DNA of 64,000 nt from Planctomycetota bacterium (GTDB lineage: Bacteria > Planctomycetota > UBA1135 > UBA2386), in NCBI GenBank assembly GCA_965228735.1, contig OZ245838.1:4512001-4576000 (forward strand), written 5' to 3'. This document shows positions 38,606 to 48,416 of this stretch, piece by piece; positions within the stretch are counted from its first letter, which is position 1, and each line of letters starts with the position of its first letter. The notes under the pieces were generated by a model. The model searched no databases, was not told the origin of the DNA, and saw only the letters and a program-made list of their open reading frames with translations. The position numbers and the translations under genes are program-made.

Positions 38606-39009
38606 TGAGCGACACTCCTCGCAAGGCTGACTACGGCGATCTCGACATGGGATCGCACCACGTCTCCAGCACGCTCCAGTTCACCGGCGTGCTCGGGGCG
38701 CTGCTGTTCCTGACGTTCATCACGGTCGCGGTCGCGCAGTTCGACTTCGGCGGCGCGAACATGCTCATCGCCATGGCGATCGCCAGCGTCAAGGCGGCGC
38801 TCGTGATCCTGTTCTTCATGCACGTGAAGTACGACACGGCGGTGAACAAGATCATGTTCCTGAGCTCGTTCCTGTTCCTGTCGCTGCTGTTCATCTTCAC
38901 GCTCGCCGACCAGGCGACGCGCCGGATGGACCATCAGGCCCATACGATCAAGCTGGAGCCGTCCGGGGCGTGGAAGCACCCGGCGACCATCAACGACGGA
39001 AACCAGTAA
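38605..39009 (+). CDS. coxD: Cytochrome c oxidase subunit IV (caa3 CtaF-type)
   Basis: TGATG coupling with coxC. LLFLTFITV, IASVKAALVILFFMHVKY. Confidence 0.88.
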   Translation: MSDTPRKADYGDLDMGSHHVSSTLQFTGVLGALLFLTFITVAVAQFDFGGANMLIAMAIASVKAALVILFFMHVKYDTAVNKIMFLSSFLFLSLLFIFTLADQATRRMDHQAHTIKLEPSGAWKHPATINDGNQ

Positions 39010-39115
39010 GCTGCACACCGCGTACCTGCACGCTCGCCAACCCGCCGACGCACGCATCGCCTTCTGGAGCGACGGTGGCACCGCGGATCTGACGTCGGAG
39101 CTGCCCACCGAACTG

Positions 39116-42001
39116 GTGCGCGGCTCCGCGCCGGTACAGGTCCAGTTGCTGTTGCCGTCCGAGGAGGCGTCGCTGCAGCCGATGCTGCAGCTGGCGACGC
39201 CCGCTTACGGCAAGGAGAGCTCCGGCGACACCGCGTTCGAGGCCGAAGCCGAAGCCACGGCGGCCGAGGGCGGGGTCCCGGAGATTCGAGCCGACGACAT
39301 CGGGACCAAGACCCGCGTCGCGCCCGCGCTCTGGACGATCCCGGCGATCGGCGTGTCGCTGGCCGATGCCGTGCCCTACCTCGCGAGCCTCGAACCGCGC
39401 AAGCTACCGCCCGCGATGCGCGCGCTCGCCGCGCTGAGTCAGCTCGTGATGCGGCTCGTCGAGCAGGGCAGCTTCGCACCGGCCCCCCAGCCCGGCGTGC
39501 TGAACTTCGCGCCCGTGTGGAACGACCGGTCGCAGTGGGTGCTCGCCGCGCTCGCCGACCTCGTGCCCGGCAGTCTCTGCACCGCGCGCTTCGCGCTGCC
39601 CGACGACCCGGTCTTCGCGGTCACGCCGCGCAACTTCGTCGTCAGCTTCCTCGGCCACGCGCTCGACCAGATCGTCACCCGGCTGCACGCGCGCGCGACG
39701 GGCACCGCAGGCGAGCCGAACCCCACGCCGGAGCCCGCGCCGCGGTTCGACAAGGCCGAGCGTCTGCCGCGCGACTTCTGGCAGACGCCGATGGTGCCGG
39801 TGCTCGAGATCCTCGTGCCGGACAAGCCGCTCGAAGAAGGCGCGCCGTGGGGGCTGTCGATCCTCGTGCGGCCGGTCCCGACGATCCGTTGCGCGGAGAC
39901 GATCGAGAGCCTGCACCAGCGCCTCTCGGCGAATCCGTTCGCCAACGAGCTCCATGCCGACTCCGTCGCGCGCGTCGAGCACACGATCGATCGCGTCAGC
40001 GACAAACTGCCGCCGCTGCGGCGCGCGCGCAATCTCAGCGACGGCCGTGCGAGTCTGACGCGAGCCGAACTCGACCAGATCCTCGACCACTTCCCGCTGC
40101 TCGAGTCCGAGGGCTTCGAGATCACGCTGCCCGGTGTCGAGTCGATGCAGCGGCTGTCGGCGCGCGTCGCGATCATGGAGGCGTCGGCGGAGCCCGACGA
40201 TCCGCGGCCATGGTTCGAGTTCCGCTGGAGCCTCGCGGTGGGAGACAAGGAGCTGTCGAACGACCAGTTCGAAGAGCTCGTCAACGCGCGCACGCCGCTC
40301 GTCTTCATCGACCGCCGGCCCGTGCTGCTCTCGCCGAAGGACCGCGAGGCGATCAAGGACTTCAAGAAGCGGATGCAGCAGGGGGGCGAGCGCATCAGCT
40401 TCTTCGAAGCCCTGCGCCTGCGTCTCGGCGGCGCGTCGCACCTGCACGGTCTCGCGATGGAGTCGATCGCGAGCACTCCGCGGCTCGAAGAGCTGCTGCA
40501 CAACCTCGAGCAAGCGCGTGCCGTCGAGGACCGCGTGCTGCCCGACGGCTTCCAGGGCGAACTGCGGCCCTACCAGCAGCGCGGTCACGCGTGGATGCAC
40601 TTCCTCGTCGACCAGGGGTTCGGCGCGTGCCTCGCCGACGACATGGGTCTGGGCAAGACGGTGCAGGCGATCGCCGTGATGCTCGACTGGCGCCTGCGCC
40701 GGCGCGGCAAGGGCGCGATCATCATCGTCTGCCCGGTCTCCGTGCTCGGCAACTGGCGACGCGAGCTCAACCGCTTCGCACCGGACCTCGACGTGATCAT
40801 GCATCACGGCAAGGGTCGCGCGTCGACGATCGACGAGTTCAAGCACGTCACGCACAGCAACGACATCGTCCTGACGAGTTACAACCTGCTGCAGCGCGAC
40901 GAGGAGATCATGAACTCCGTCACGTTCGACGGCGTCGTGCTCGACGAAGCGCAGAACATCAAGAACCCGACGACGCGCCAGTCCAAGGTCGCGCGCGGAC
41001 TCAAGGGGCATTTCCGCCTCGCGCTGACGGGCACCCCGCTCGAGAACCGGCCGCTCGACCTGTGGTCGATCATGGACTTCCTCAACGAGGGCCTGCTCGG
41101 TTCGCGCACGCAGTTCACGCAGACGCTCGAACACCCGATCGTCAAGCAGCGCCGCCAGGGTTCGATGTCCGCGCTCGCGCGCCTCGTGCGACCGTTCGTG
41201 CTGCGTCGTCTCAAGACCGACCCGGAGATCGTCGCCGACCTGCCGGAGAAGACCGAACAGATCGTCAACGCGACGCTCTCGCGCGAGCAGGCGATCCTCT
41301 ACGAGTCGGTCGTTCGCAAGGGTCTGCAGGAGGTCGAGACGGCGGGCGAGGGCATCCAGCGCCGCGGCGCGATCCTCACGACGCTGCTGCGCCTCAAGCA
41401 GGTCTGCAACCACCCGTCGCACTACCTCATGGACGGCAGTTCGCTGCCGAGCCGCTCGGGCAAGCTCGATCTGCTGAGCGAGATGATCGAGGAGGCCATC
41501 GAGGAAGGCGACCGCTGCCTCGTGTTCACGCAGTTCAAGGAGATGGGCTCGCTGCTCAAGACCCACCTCGAGAACCAGAGCGGCGGCAAGGTCCTGTTCC
41601 TGCACGGCGGCGTGCCGCAGAAGGAACGCGACACGATGGTCACCAACTTCCAGGAGAGCCGCGAGGACGGGCCGAAGATCTTCGTGCTGTCGCTCAAGGC
41701 CGGCGGCACGGGCCTCAACCTCACCGCGGCCAACCGCGTGTTCCACTTCGATCGCTGGTGGAACCCGGCCGTCGAGGATCAGGCGACGGACCGCGCGTTC
41801 CGCATCGGCCAGCAGCGCAACGTCTTCGTGCACAAGTTCGTCTGCAACGGCACGCTCGAGGAGCGCATCCAGCAGATGCTCGATCGCAAGCGCGAGGTCG
41901 CGGACAGCCTGCTCGCGGCCGGCGAGAACTGGATCACCGAGCTCAGCAACGACGAGCTGCGCCGACTGCTCGTGCTCGACCGCCAGGAGGCCCTCGCGTG
42001 A
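39116..42001 (+). CDS. SNF2-family helicase/translocase
   Basis: LRPYQ, LADDMGLGKT, CPVSVLGNW, LDEAQNIKN, LTGTPLEN, LRRLK, LKQVCNHP, SGK, LVFTQF, GGTGLNLT, WWNPAVEDQATDRAFRIGQ. The true start may be upstream (see findings). Confidence 0.93.
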   Translation: MRGSAPVQVQLLLPSEEASLQPMLQLATPAYGKESSGDTAFEAEAEATAAEGGVPEIRADDIGTKTRVAPALWTIPAIGVSLADAVPYLASLEPRKLPPAMRALAALSQLVMRLVEQGSFAPAPQPGVLNFAPVWNDRSQWVLAALADLVPGSLCTARFALPDDPVFAVTPRNFVVSFLGHALDQIVTRLHARATGTAGEPNPTPEPAPRFDKAERLPRDFWQTPMVPVLEILVPDKPLEEGAPWGLSILVRPVPTIRCAETIESLHQRLSANPFANELHADSVARVEHTIDRVSDKLPPLRRARNLSDGRASLTRAELDQILDHFPLLESEGFEITLPGVESMQRLSARVAIMEASAEPDDPRPWFEFRWSLAVGDKELSNDQFEELVNARTPLVFIDRRPVLLSPKDREAIKDFKKRMQQGGERISFFEALRLRLGGASHLHGLAMESIASTPRLEELLHNLEQARAVEDRVLPDGFQGELRPYQQRGHAWMHFLVDQGFGACLADDMGLGKTVQAIAVMLDWRLRRRGKGAIIIVCPVSVLGNWRRELNRFAPDLDVIMHHGKGRASTIDEFKHVTHSNDIVLTSYNLLQRDEEIMNSVTFDGVVLDEAQNIKNPTTRQSKVARGLKGHFRLALTGTPLENRPLDLWSIMDFLNEGLLGSRTQFTQTLEHPIVKQRRQGSMSALARLVRPFVLRRLKTDPEIVADLPEKTEQIVNATLSREQAILYESVVRKGLQEVETAGEGIQRRGAILTTLLRLKQVCNHPSHYLMDGSSLPSRSGKLDLLSEMIEEAIEEGDRCLVFTQFKEMGSLLKTHLENQSGGKVLFLHGGVPQKERDTMVTNFQESREDGPKIFVLSLKAGGTGLNLTAANRVFHFDRWWNPAVEDQATDRAFRIGQQRNVFVHKFVCNGTLEERIQQMLDRKREVADSLLAAGENWITELSNDELRRLLVLDRQEALA

Positions 42002-42987
42002 GCGAACGCAAGACCATCTCCCTCGGCGAGCGCTGGCGCCGCGAAGCCACACGCGACATCGACGACAAACGGCTCGCCGCGGCGCTCGAGGCGCTGCCGA
42101 GCATCCGCAAGCCCAAGGTCCGCATCCGCGCCGGCTCGATCCAGACCGAGATGGAGGGCGCGATGGGCTCGATCCACGAGGTCAGCCTGCAGATCCGCAC
42201 GCTGCCGAATCGCGAGTGGCCAACGCTGATCCGCGTGCTGCGGCGCAGCAAGTCGATCGTCGAAGCGCTCGAGCATGGCCGCGTGCCGCGCTCGCTCGAT
42301 CGCCTCGTCGCGCGCATCGTCGGCGAACCGCTGTTCCCCGACTCGCGCAGCGTGACCTACGGCTGCTCGTGCGACCTCCCGGAAGAACCGTGCCGCCACG
42401 TGCTCGCGCTCCACGAACTGTTCGCCCGGCGCCTCGACGACAAGCCGTACGAGCTGCTGATGCTGCGCGGCGTCGACCTTCACCAGCTGCTCGACGACGT
42501 GCACGCGAGCCCGACCGACGGCGACCTGCCGCCGTTGCCGTTCGGCGTGCCCGAGGAGCCCGTGCTCTACCCGGACGCCGAGGACGCGGACCTCGGATCG
42601 AGCCTCAATCTGCCGCAGGTCCGGTGGCTGACCGGGGAAGCGTCGGCCCGCTTCGCGGACGCCGCGCTCGACGCGCTCGCGAACCTCGACGCGCTCGCCG
42701 ACGCTCCGGCGGATGATCCCGCTGGCGACGGACAGGGCGGCCAGGCGACGAAAGCGGCGGATCAACCCGCCGCCCCGCCTGCGGCCGCCGAGCGCGCCGC
42801 CCCCGGCACGACCGGCGAGAGCGCCGAGGCCGAAGAGACTCCGCCCAAGCCGCCGGAAACCGGCAGTCCGCTCGGCAAGAGCATGCTCCGCGACAGCGTT
42901 GCGACAGGTTCCCGGAGCGGCGCCGAGGACGCGCCCGAGGGCGGCAGCGGCGACGGCAGTGATGTGACGCCGCAAAACGGCGACTGA
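41998..42987 (+). CDS. SWIM zinc-finger protein with disordered C-terminal tail
   Basis: GTGA overlap with the helicase stop. CSCDLPEEPCRHVLA (CxC...CxH), DDKPYELLMLRG. Confidence 0.8.
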   Translation: MSERKTISLGERWRREATRDIDDKRLAAALEALPSIRKPKVRIRAGSIQTEMEGAMGSIHEVSLQIRTLPNREWPTLIRVLRRSKSIVEALEHGRVPRSLDRLVARIVGEPLFPDSRSVTYGCSCDLPEEPCRHVLALHELFARRLDDKPYELLMLRGVDLHQLLDDVHASPTDGDLPPLPFGVPEEPVLYPDAEDADLGSSLNLPQVRWLTGEASARFADAALDALANLDALADAPADDPAGDGQGGQATKAADQPAAPPAAAERAAPGTTGESAEAEETPPKPPETGSPLGKSMLRDSVATGSRSGAEDAPEGGSGDGSDVTPQNGD

Positions 42988-43059
42988 TCCGCGGCTTTCC
43001 TTGCGTCGGGTCGGCCTCGCGATTCTGCTGTCGCGCCCCTCTCCCCCGACCCCTCGGAC

Positions 43060-44454
43060 ATGCTCGCGGATCTCCCACGCTTCGACCTGACCGGGTCCAC
43101 GCCCGGGTTCGTCGCCCTCGCCGTCTTCGCGCTCGCCTACCTGCTCGTCGTCTTCGAGGAGCGGCTGCACCTGCGCAAGAGCAAGCCCGTCGTGTTCGCG
43201 GCGGGCGTGATCTGGATCCTCGTCGCGTTCGCGTACGCGGGCCACCCGGACGCGGACACGCTGCCATCGACCCACCTCGAGACCCGGCTGCTGCACCACA
43301 CCGGTGAGTACGGCTCGCTGTTTCTCTTCCTGCTCGTCGCGATGACCTACATCTCGGCGATCGCTCGGCACAACGTGTTCTTGTGGATCAACGGCTGGCT
43401 CGTGTCGCGCGGCTTCAGCCTGCGGGCCGTGTTCTGGGTCACGGGTGCACTGTCCTTCGTGATCTCCCCGATCGCTGACAACCTCACGACGGCGCTGCTC
43501 ATGGGCACCGTCGTCGTCGCCGTCGGCAAGGGCAACACCAAGTTCATCGCCGCAGCGTGCGTCAACGTCGTCGTCGCGGCCAACGCGGGCGGCGCGTTCT
43601 CACCATTCGGCGACATCACGACGCTCATGGTTTGGGCCAAGGGCAAGGTCCATACGGCGCAGTTCTTCACGCTCGTCGTTCCGTCGCTCGTCAACTGGCT
43701 GATCCCGGCCGTGATCATGCACTTCATGATCGACAAGGGGCAGCCCGAGCCGATCGACAAGAAGGTCGAGCTCAAGCAGGGCTGGTTCACCGTGACCGCG
43801 CTGTTCCTCTGCACGATCGTGACCGCGGTCACGTTCCACGCGTACCTGCACCTGCCGCCGTTCCTCGGCATGATGACCGGGCTCGGCTACCTGATGTTCT
43901 ACGCGTTCTTCCGGACGCGCCGGCACAAGAGGAAGGGCGACCGCGAACCGCACGACATCATCGAGAACGTGGCCGAGGTCGAGTGGGACACCTTGCTCTT
44001 CTTCTTCGGCGTCATCACGTGCGTCGGCGGCCTCGCGGATCTCATGTATCTGCAGAAGGCCAGCGAGTGGCTCTTCGATCCAGCCAATGTCGGCGCGACG
44101 ACAGCCAACATCGCGATCGGCATCCTCTCCGCGATCATCGACAACGTCCCCGTCATGTTCGCCGTCCTCGGCATGGATCCGTCCATGGATCCGGCTAACC
44201 CGGTCGTCGCCGGCGTCGCCGGCTCTGGCCTCCACACCCCGGTCGCCGACTTCCAGTGGCTGCTCGTCACGCTCACCGCGGGCGTCGGCGGCTCCCTGCT
44301 GTCCGTCGGTTCGGCCGCGGGCGTCGCGCTCATGGGCACCGCGCACGGCTACTACACGTTCGGCCGGCACCTCAAGTACATCCCCGCGATCGCCGCGGGC
44401 TACGCCGGCGCAATCCTCGTGCACTGGCTCATGAACGCGCCGCCGGGGCAGTAG
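43060..44454 (+). CDS. nhaD: Na+/H+ antiporter NhaD
   Basis: EERLHLRKSKP, FLLVAMTYI, SPIADNLTTALL, AANAGGAFSPFGDITTLMVW, EWDTLLFFFG, SAIIDNVP, GGSLLSVGSAAGVALMG. Confidence 0.92.
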   Translation: MLADLPRFDLTGSTPGFVALAVFALAYLLVVFEERLHLRKSKPVVFAAGVIWILVAFAYAGHPDADTLPSTHLETRLLHHTGEYGSLFLFLLVAMTYISAIARHNVFLWINGWLVSRGFSLRAVFWVTGALSFVISPIADNLTTALLMGTVVVAVGKGNTKFIAAACVNVVVAANAGGAFSPFGDITTLMVWAKGKVHTAQFFTLVVPSLVNWLIPAVIMHFMIDKGQPEPIDKKVELKQGWFTVTALFLCTIVTAVTFHAYLHLPPFLGMMTGLGYLMFYAFFRTRRHKRKGDREPHDIIENVAEVEWDTLLFFFGVITCVGGLADLMYLQKASEWLFDPANVGATTANIAIGILSAIIDNVPVMFAVLGMDPSMDPANPVVAGVAGSGLHTPVADFQWLLVTLTAGVGGSLLSVGSAAGVALMGTAHGYYTFGRHLKYIPAIAAGYAGAILVHWLMNAPPGQ

Positions 44455-44559
44455 CCCGCGGCGTACGGAACCTGGTTCATGCTGCCGGCCGCGAGTGTGC
44501 TACCTCGCGGGCAACGTTCCGGCGGCCGGCAGCATGAACCAGGTTCCGTACGCCGCGGG
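44455..44559. repeat. Perfect 38-bp inverted repeat with 29-nt spacer between convergent nhaD and pntB
   Basis: 44455-44492 CCCGCGGCGTACGGAACCTGGTTCATGCTGCCGGCCGC is the exact reverse complement of 44522-44559. Confidence 0.95.
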
Positions 44560-44604
44560 TTCCCGAACCCGGAACTCAGAGATTCCGAACCGAACGGCCG
44601 CGGA

Positions 44605-46014
44605 TCAGAGGTCCTTGACCTCTTTCACCATCTCCTCGAGCGCGCCCTTCGCGTCCATGAACACCATGAGCGTGTTGTCGAGTTCGAACAGCGGGTTCTT
44701 GATGCCCGCATAGCCCGGGCTCAGCGAGCGCTTGATGACCACGACCGTGCGCGCGTGGTCCACGTCGAGGATCGGCATGCCGGCGATCGGGCCGCTGGGT
44801 TCGCGCGCCGCCGGGTTCACGACGTCGTTGGCGCCAACGACGATCACGACGTCGGTGTTCTTGAAGTCGCCGTTGATGCGCTCCATCTCCCACAGCTGGT
44901 CGTAGGGCACGTCGGACTCGGCGAGCAGCACGTTCATGTGGCCCGGCATGCGGCCGGCGACCGGATGGATCGCGTAGCGCACCTCGCAGCCGCGCGCCTG
45001 CAGCAGGTCGCCGAGTTCGCGCACGACGTGTTGCGCCTGCGCGACCGCGAGGCCGTAGCCCGGCACGAAGATGCAGGACGTCGCACCGTCGAGCAGCATC
45101 GCGATCTCCTCGGGACCGGACTGCTTGATCGAGGTGTAGTCGCGCGCGTCCTCGGACACCGAATCCTCGCCCATACCGCCGAGCAGGACGTTGCCGAGCG
45201 ACCGGTTCATCGCCTTGCACATGATCTGCGTCAGGATGAGGCCCGACGCGCCGACCAGCGAGCCGACGACGACCAGCAACGGGTTGTTGATGACGAAGCC
45301 GGCGAACGCCGCGGCCACGCCCGAGTAGCTGTTGAGCAGCGACACGACGACTGGCATGTCCGCACCGCCGATCGGCATGACGAGGAACACGCCCAACACG
45401 GCAGCGACGACCGCCAGCAGCAGCATCGCGACGATCGTGGTGCCGCCCTCGGCGAAGCACATCCAGGCGCCGAGCGCGATGCCGGCCAGGCCGAGAGCCA
45501 GGTGCAGCATGTGCCGCGCGCTGTCACTCAACGGGTGGGAGAGCTTCTTGCCGGACAGCTTGCCGTAGGCGACGAAACTGCCGGTGAGGGTGACCATGCC
45601 GATGAGGATCGCGGCCAAGGTCGCGATCGCGCCGACGGGACCGCCGTCGGCGATCGTCTGCGGCGCGCTGCCATCTGGCAGATCCGCGTTCGCGGCGACG
45701 CCCTTGAGGACCTCGGCCATCGCGACCAGCGCGGACGCGATGCCGCCGAAGCCGTTCAGCCCCGCGACGAGCTCGGGCATCTCCGTGGTCGGCGTGCGCT
45801 TGGCGAGGAAGGTGCCGATGCCGCCGCCAACGATCACGCCGGCGATCAGCGTGACCCAGTTGATCTCGTCCCGGAAGATGATCAGCGTCGTGACGATCGC
45901 GATCGCCATGCCGATCTCGGACAGCCGATTGCCGGACGCGCACGTCTTGACGCTCGTCAGCCGCTTGATGCCGAAGACGAAGAAGAGCGTCGCGAGCAGG
46001 TAGAGGTAGGTCAC
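44605..46014 (-). CDS. pntB: NAD(P) transhydrogenase beta subunit
   Basis: EMPELVA, GSFVAYGKL, PIGGADMPVVVSLLNSYSG, MCKAMNRSL, PGYGLAVAQAQ, HPVAGRMPGHMNVLLAE, GANDVVNPAA. Confidence 0.96.
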   Translation of the reverse strand: MTYLYLLATLFFVFGIKRLTSVKTCASGNRLSEIGMAIAIVTTLIIFRDEINWVTLIAGVIVGGGIGTFLAKRTPTTEMPELVAGLNGFGGIASALVAMAEVLKGVAANADLPDGSAPQTIADGGPVGAIATLAAILIGMVTLTGSFVAYGKLSGKKLSHPLSDSARHMLHLALGLAGIALGAWMCFAEGGTTIVAMLLLAVVAAVLGVFLVMPIGGADMPVVVSLLNSYSGVAAAFAGFVINNPLLVVVGSLVGASGLILTQIMCKAMNRSLGNVLLGGMGEDSVSEDARDYTSIKQSGPEEIAMLLDGATSCIFVPGYGLAVAQAQHVVRELGDLLQARGCEVRYAIHPVAGRMPGHMNVLLAESDVPYDQLWEMERINGDFKNTDVVIVVGANDVVNPAAREPSGPIAGMPILDVDHARTVVVIKRSLSPGYAGIKNPLFELDNTLMVFMDAKGALEEMVKEVKDL

Positions 46015-46299
46015 TTACTTCTTCCCCTTCTTCTTGAACGAGCCCAACATGCGGTCGGTCACCATGTAGCCGCCGATGACGTTGATCATCGCGAGCGTGA
46101 TCGCGAGGAACGCGATCGACTGCGCGAGAAAGCCCTCGCCCGTCGACGCCATGATCGCGCCGACGATGGTGATGCCCGAGATCGCGTTGGACCCCGACAT
46201 CAGCGGGGTGTGCAGCGTCGGCGGCACCTTGGTGATCAGCTCGAAGCCGAGCAGCGCCGCGATCGCGAAGATGAAGATGATCAGAAAGTACTGTTCCAT
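46015..46299 (-). CDS. pntA2: NAD(P) transhydrogenase alpha subunit, membrane part (alpha-2)
   Basis: KVPPTLHTPLMSGSNAISGI, INVIGGYMVTDRML. Confidence 0.93.
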   Translation of the reverse strand: MEQYFLIIFIFAIAALLGFELITKVPPTLHTPLMSGSNAISGITIVGAIMASTGEGFLAQSIAFLAITLAMINVIGGYMVTDRMLGSFKKKGKK

Positions 46300-46310
46300 C
46301 GCGTGCTCAA

Positions 46311-47447
46311 TCAGTTGCCCGCCGAGGACAGCGCCTGGGCCGTGGGTTCGTGTCGTACCGTGCCGTCGTGCACGATCGTGATCGCGCCGAGGATCTCGCC
46401 CTCGAGGTCGACGTTGGTCTTGCCCTCCTCGACGAACTCGCCGAGGAACGCGACGACGTTGCGCGCGTAGGTGCGCGACGCATCGGCCGCGACCTGCGCG
46501 GGCAGGTTGGTGTCGCCGATGATCAGCACGCCGTCGACGTCCTTGCGTTCGCCGGCCACGGTGCCTTCGACGTTGCCGCCGGCGGCCGCCGCCATGTCGA
46601 CGATGACCGAGCCCGGTCGCATCGCCTTGCGCATCTCCGCGGTGACGAGCACGGGCGCCTTCTTGCCCGGCACGAGCGCCGTCGTGATCAGCACGTCGGC
46701 CTGGCCGATGTGGTCCGTCAGGATCTCGCGCTGCTTCTTCAAGAACTCCGCCGTCGTCTCCTTCGCGTAGCCGCCGGTGTTCTCCGCGTCCGGCGGCGCG
46801 CCCGTGTCGACGAACTTGGCGCCGAGCGACTCGACCTGCTCCTTCACCGCGGGGCGGATGTCGTTGGCCTCGACGACGGCGCCGAGCTTGCGCGCGATCG
46901 AGATCGCCTGCAGCCCCGCGACACCCGCGCCGAGCACGAGCACCCTGGCCGGCGTCAGCGTGCCGGCCGCGGTCATCATGAGCGGGAACATCTTGTTGAG
47001 GTGCGTCGCCGCGAGCAGCACGGCCTGGTAGCCGCCGCAGCTCGCCTGTGAGCTCAGGATGTCCATTTTCTGCGCGCGCGTGATGCGCGGCATGAACTCG
47101 AGGCCCATCGCCGTGACCTTCGCGTCGCGCAGCGCCTTGACGGTGTCGAGCGCGACGAGCGGCAGCAGCGTGCAGATCAGGATCGACCCGGCCTTCTGCT
47201 CCTTGCACTGCTCGGGCGACGGCGGCTGGATGCCGAGCACGAGATCCGCGCTCGCACGCGCGTCCGAACCGACGAGCTTGGCGCCCGCCTCTTCGTAATC
47301 CGCATCGGGAAAGCCCGCCGCCTGACCGGCGCCGCGCTCGACCTCGACCGTGAGGCCGAGCTTGACCATGCCCTTGACGGTCTCCGGCACCGCGCTCACG
47401 CGCGTCTCACCTTCGACCGTCTCCTTGGGCGCGAAAATCACTGCCAT
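46311..47447 (-). CDS. pntA1: NAD(P) transhydrogenase alpha subunit, soluble part (alpha-1)
   Basis: PKETVEGETRV, PRITRAQKMDILSSQ, FPLMMTAAGT, GAGVAGLQAI, GGYAKE, GGNVE. Confidence 0.95.
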   Translation of the reverse strand: MAVIFAPKETVEGETRVSAVPETVKGMVKLGLTVEVERGAGQAAGFPDADYEEAGAKLVGSDARASADLVLGIQPPSPEQCKEQKAGSILICTLLPLVALDTVKALRDAKVTAMGLEFMPRITRAQKMDILSSQASCGGYQAVLLAATHLNKMFPLMMTAAGTLTPARVLVLGAGVAGLQAISIARKLGAVVEANDIRPAVKEQVESLGAKFVDTGAPPDAENTGGYAKETTAEFLKKQREILTDHIGQADVLITTALVPGKKAPVLVTAEMRKAMRPGSVIVDMAAAAGGNVEGTVAGERKDVDGVLIIGDTNLPAQVAADASRTYARNVVAFLGEFVEEGKTNVDLEGEILGAITIVHDGTVRHEPTAQALSSAGN

Positions 47448-47540
47448 GAGTTCTGTCTCCGCTCCGACTGAGGGGCCCGCAAGAGAAACAGACGAGGCTC
47501 GCTCGCGCCATGAAGAATCGCGGCTACTCTGTGAGCCTCG

Positions 47541-48416
47541 ATGACGAGTTTTGCAGCCGAAATCGCGCGCCGTGTGCTGGCGGGCACAGCGCCCGTCGTC
47601 GTCGGTCTCGACCCGCGGCTGCCGGCGTTCCCCGCCGCGGTCGCGGCCGATCGAGAACCCGCGGAACGCATCGTGGAGTTCTACCGAAAGACCCTGCCGG
47701 TGCTGGCAGAGCACGTGCCGTGCGTGAAGCCCAACATCGCGTTCTTCGAGGCCCACGGTGCCGCTGGCTACCGCGCCTACGAGGAAACGTGCCGGCTCGC
47801 GCACGAGCACGGCCTGCTGGTGCTCGGCGACATCAAGCGCGGGGACATCGGCAGCACCGCGGCGGCGTATGCGAAAGGGCACTTCGAGCACGCGGATGCC
47901 GTGACGCTGCACCCGTATCTCGGCGGCGACTCGGTTGAGCCCTTCTTGCAGTTCTGCGGAGCGCAAGCGGGCAAGGGGGTGTTCGTGCTCGTCCGCACGA
48001 GCAACCCGGGCGCCAAGGACCTGCAGGACCTCGTGATCGACGGCCGCGCGCTCTGCGATCACGTGGCCGAGGCGGTGCACCGCTGGGGCCAGGATCTGCC
48101 GCAGGCCGAGGGCTACTCGCCGGTCGGCGCGGTCGTCGGCGCCACGTGGCCCGCCGAGCTCGCCCGCCTGCGCCAGCTGCTGCCCAACGCCTGGCTGCTC
48201 CTCCCGGGGGTCGGCGCGCAGGGGGGCAAGGTCGAGGACCTCGCCGCGGCGTTCGACGACCGCGGGCTCGGCGCGCTCGTCAACCAGAGCCGCGGCGTGA
48301 TGCAGTGCTTCGAGCCGAACGCGCCGGACTGGCTCGCGCAGATCGAGCACGCGGCCAGGACGTTCGCGGCCGATTGTCGCGCGGTCGCGACGGCGAGCCC
48401 CGGGGGCAGCCGATGA
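47541..48416 (+). CDS. pyrF: Orotidine-5'-phosphate decarboxylase (subfamily 2)
   Basis: VGLDP, KPNIAFFE, DIKRGDIGST, TLHPYLG, LVRTSNPG, GAVVGAT, PGVGAQGG, NQSR. Confidence 0.93.
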   Translation: MTSFAAEIARRVLAGTAPVVVGLDPRLPAFPAAVAADREPAERIVEFYRKTLPVLAEHVPCVKPNIAFFEAHGAAGYRAYEETCRLAHEHGLLVLGDIKRGDIGSTAAAYAKGHFEHADAVTLHPYLGGDSVEPFLQFCGAQAGKGVFVLVRTSNPGAKDLQDLVIDGRALCDHVAEAVHRWGQDLPQAEGYSPVGAVVGATWPAELARLRQLLPNAWLLLPGVGAQGGKVEDLAAAFDDRGLGALVNQSRGVMQCFEPNAPDWLAQIEHAARTFAADCRAVATASPGGSR

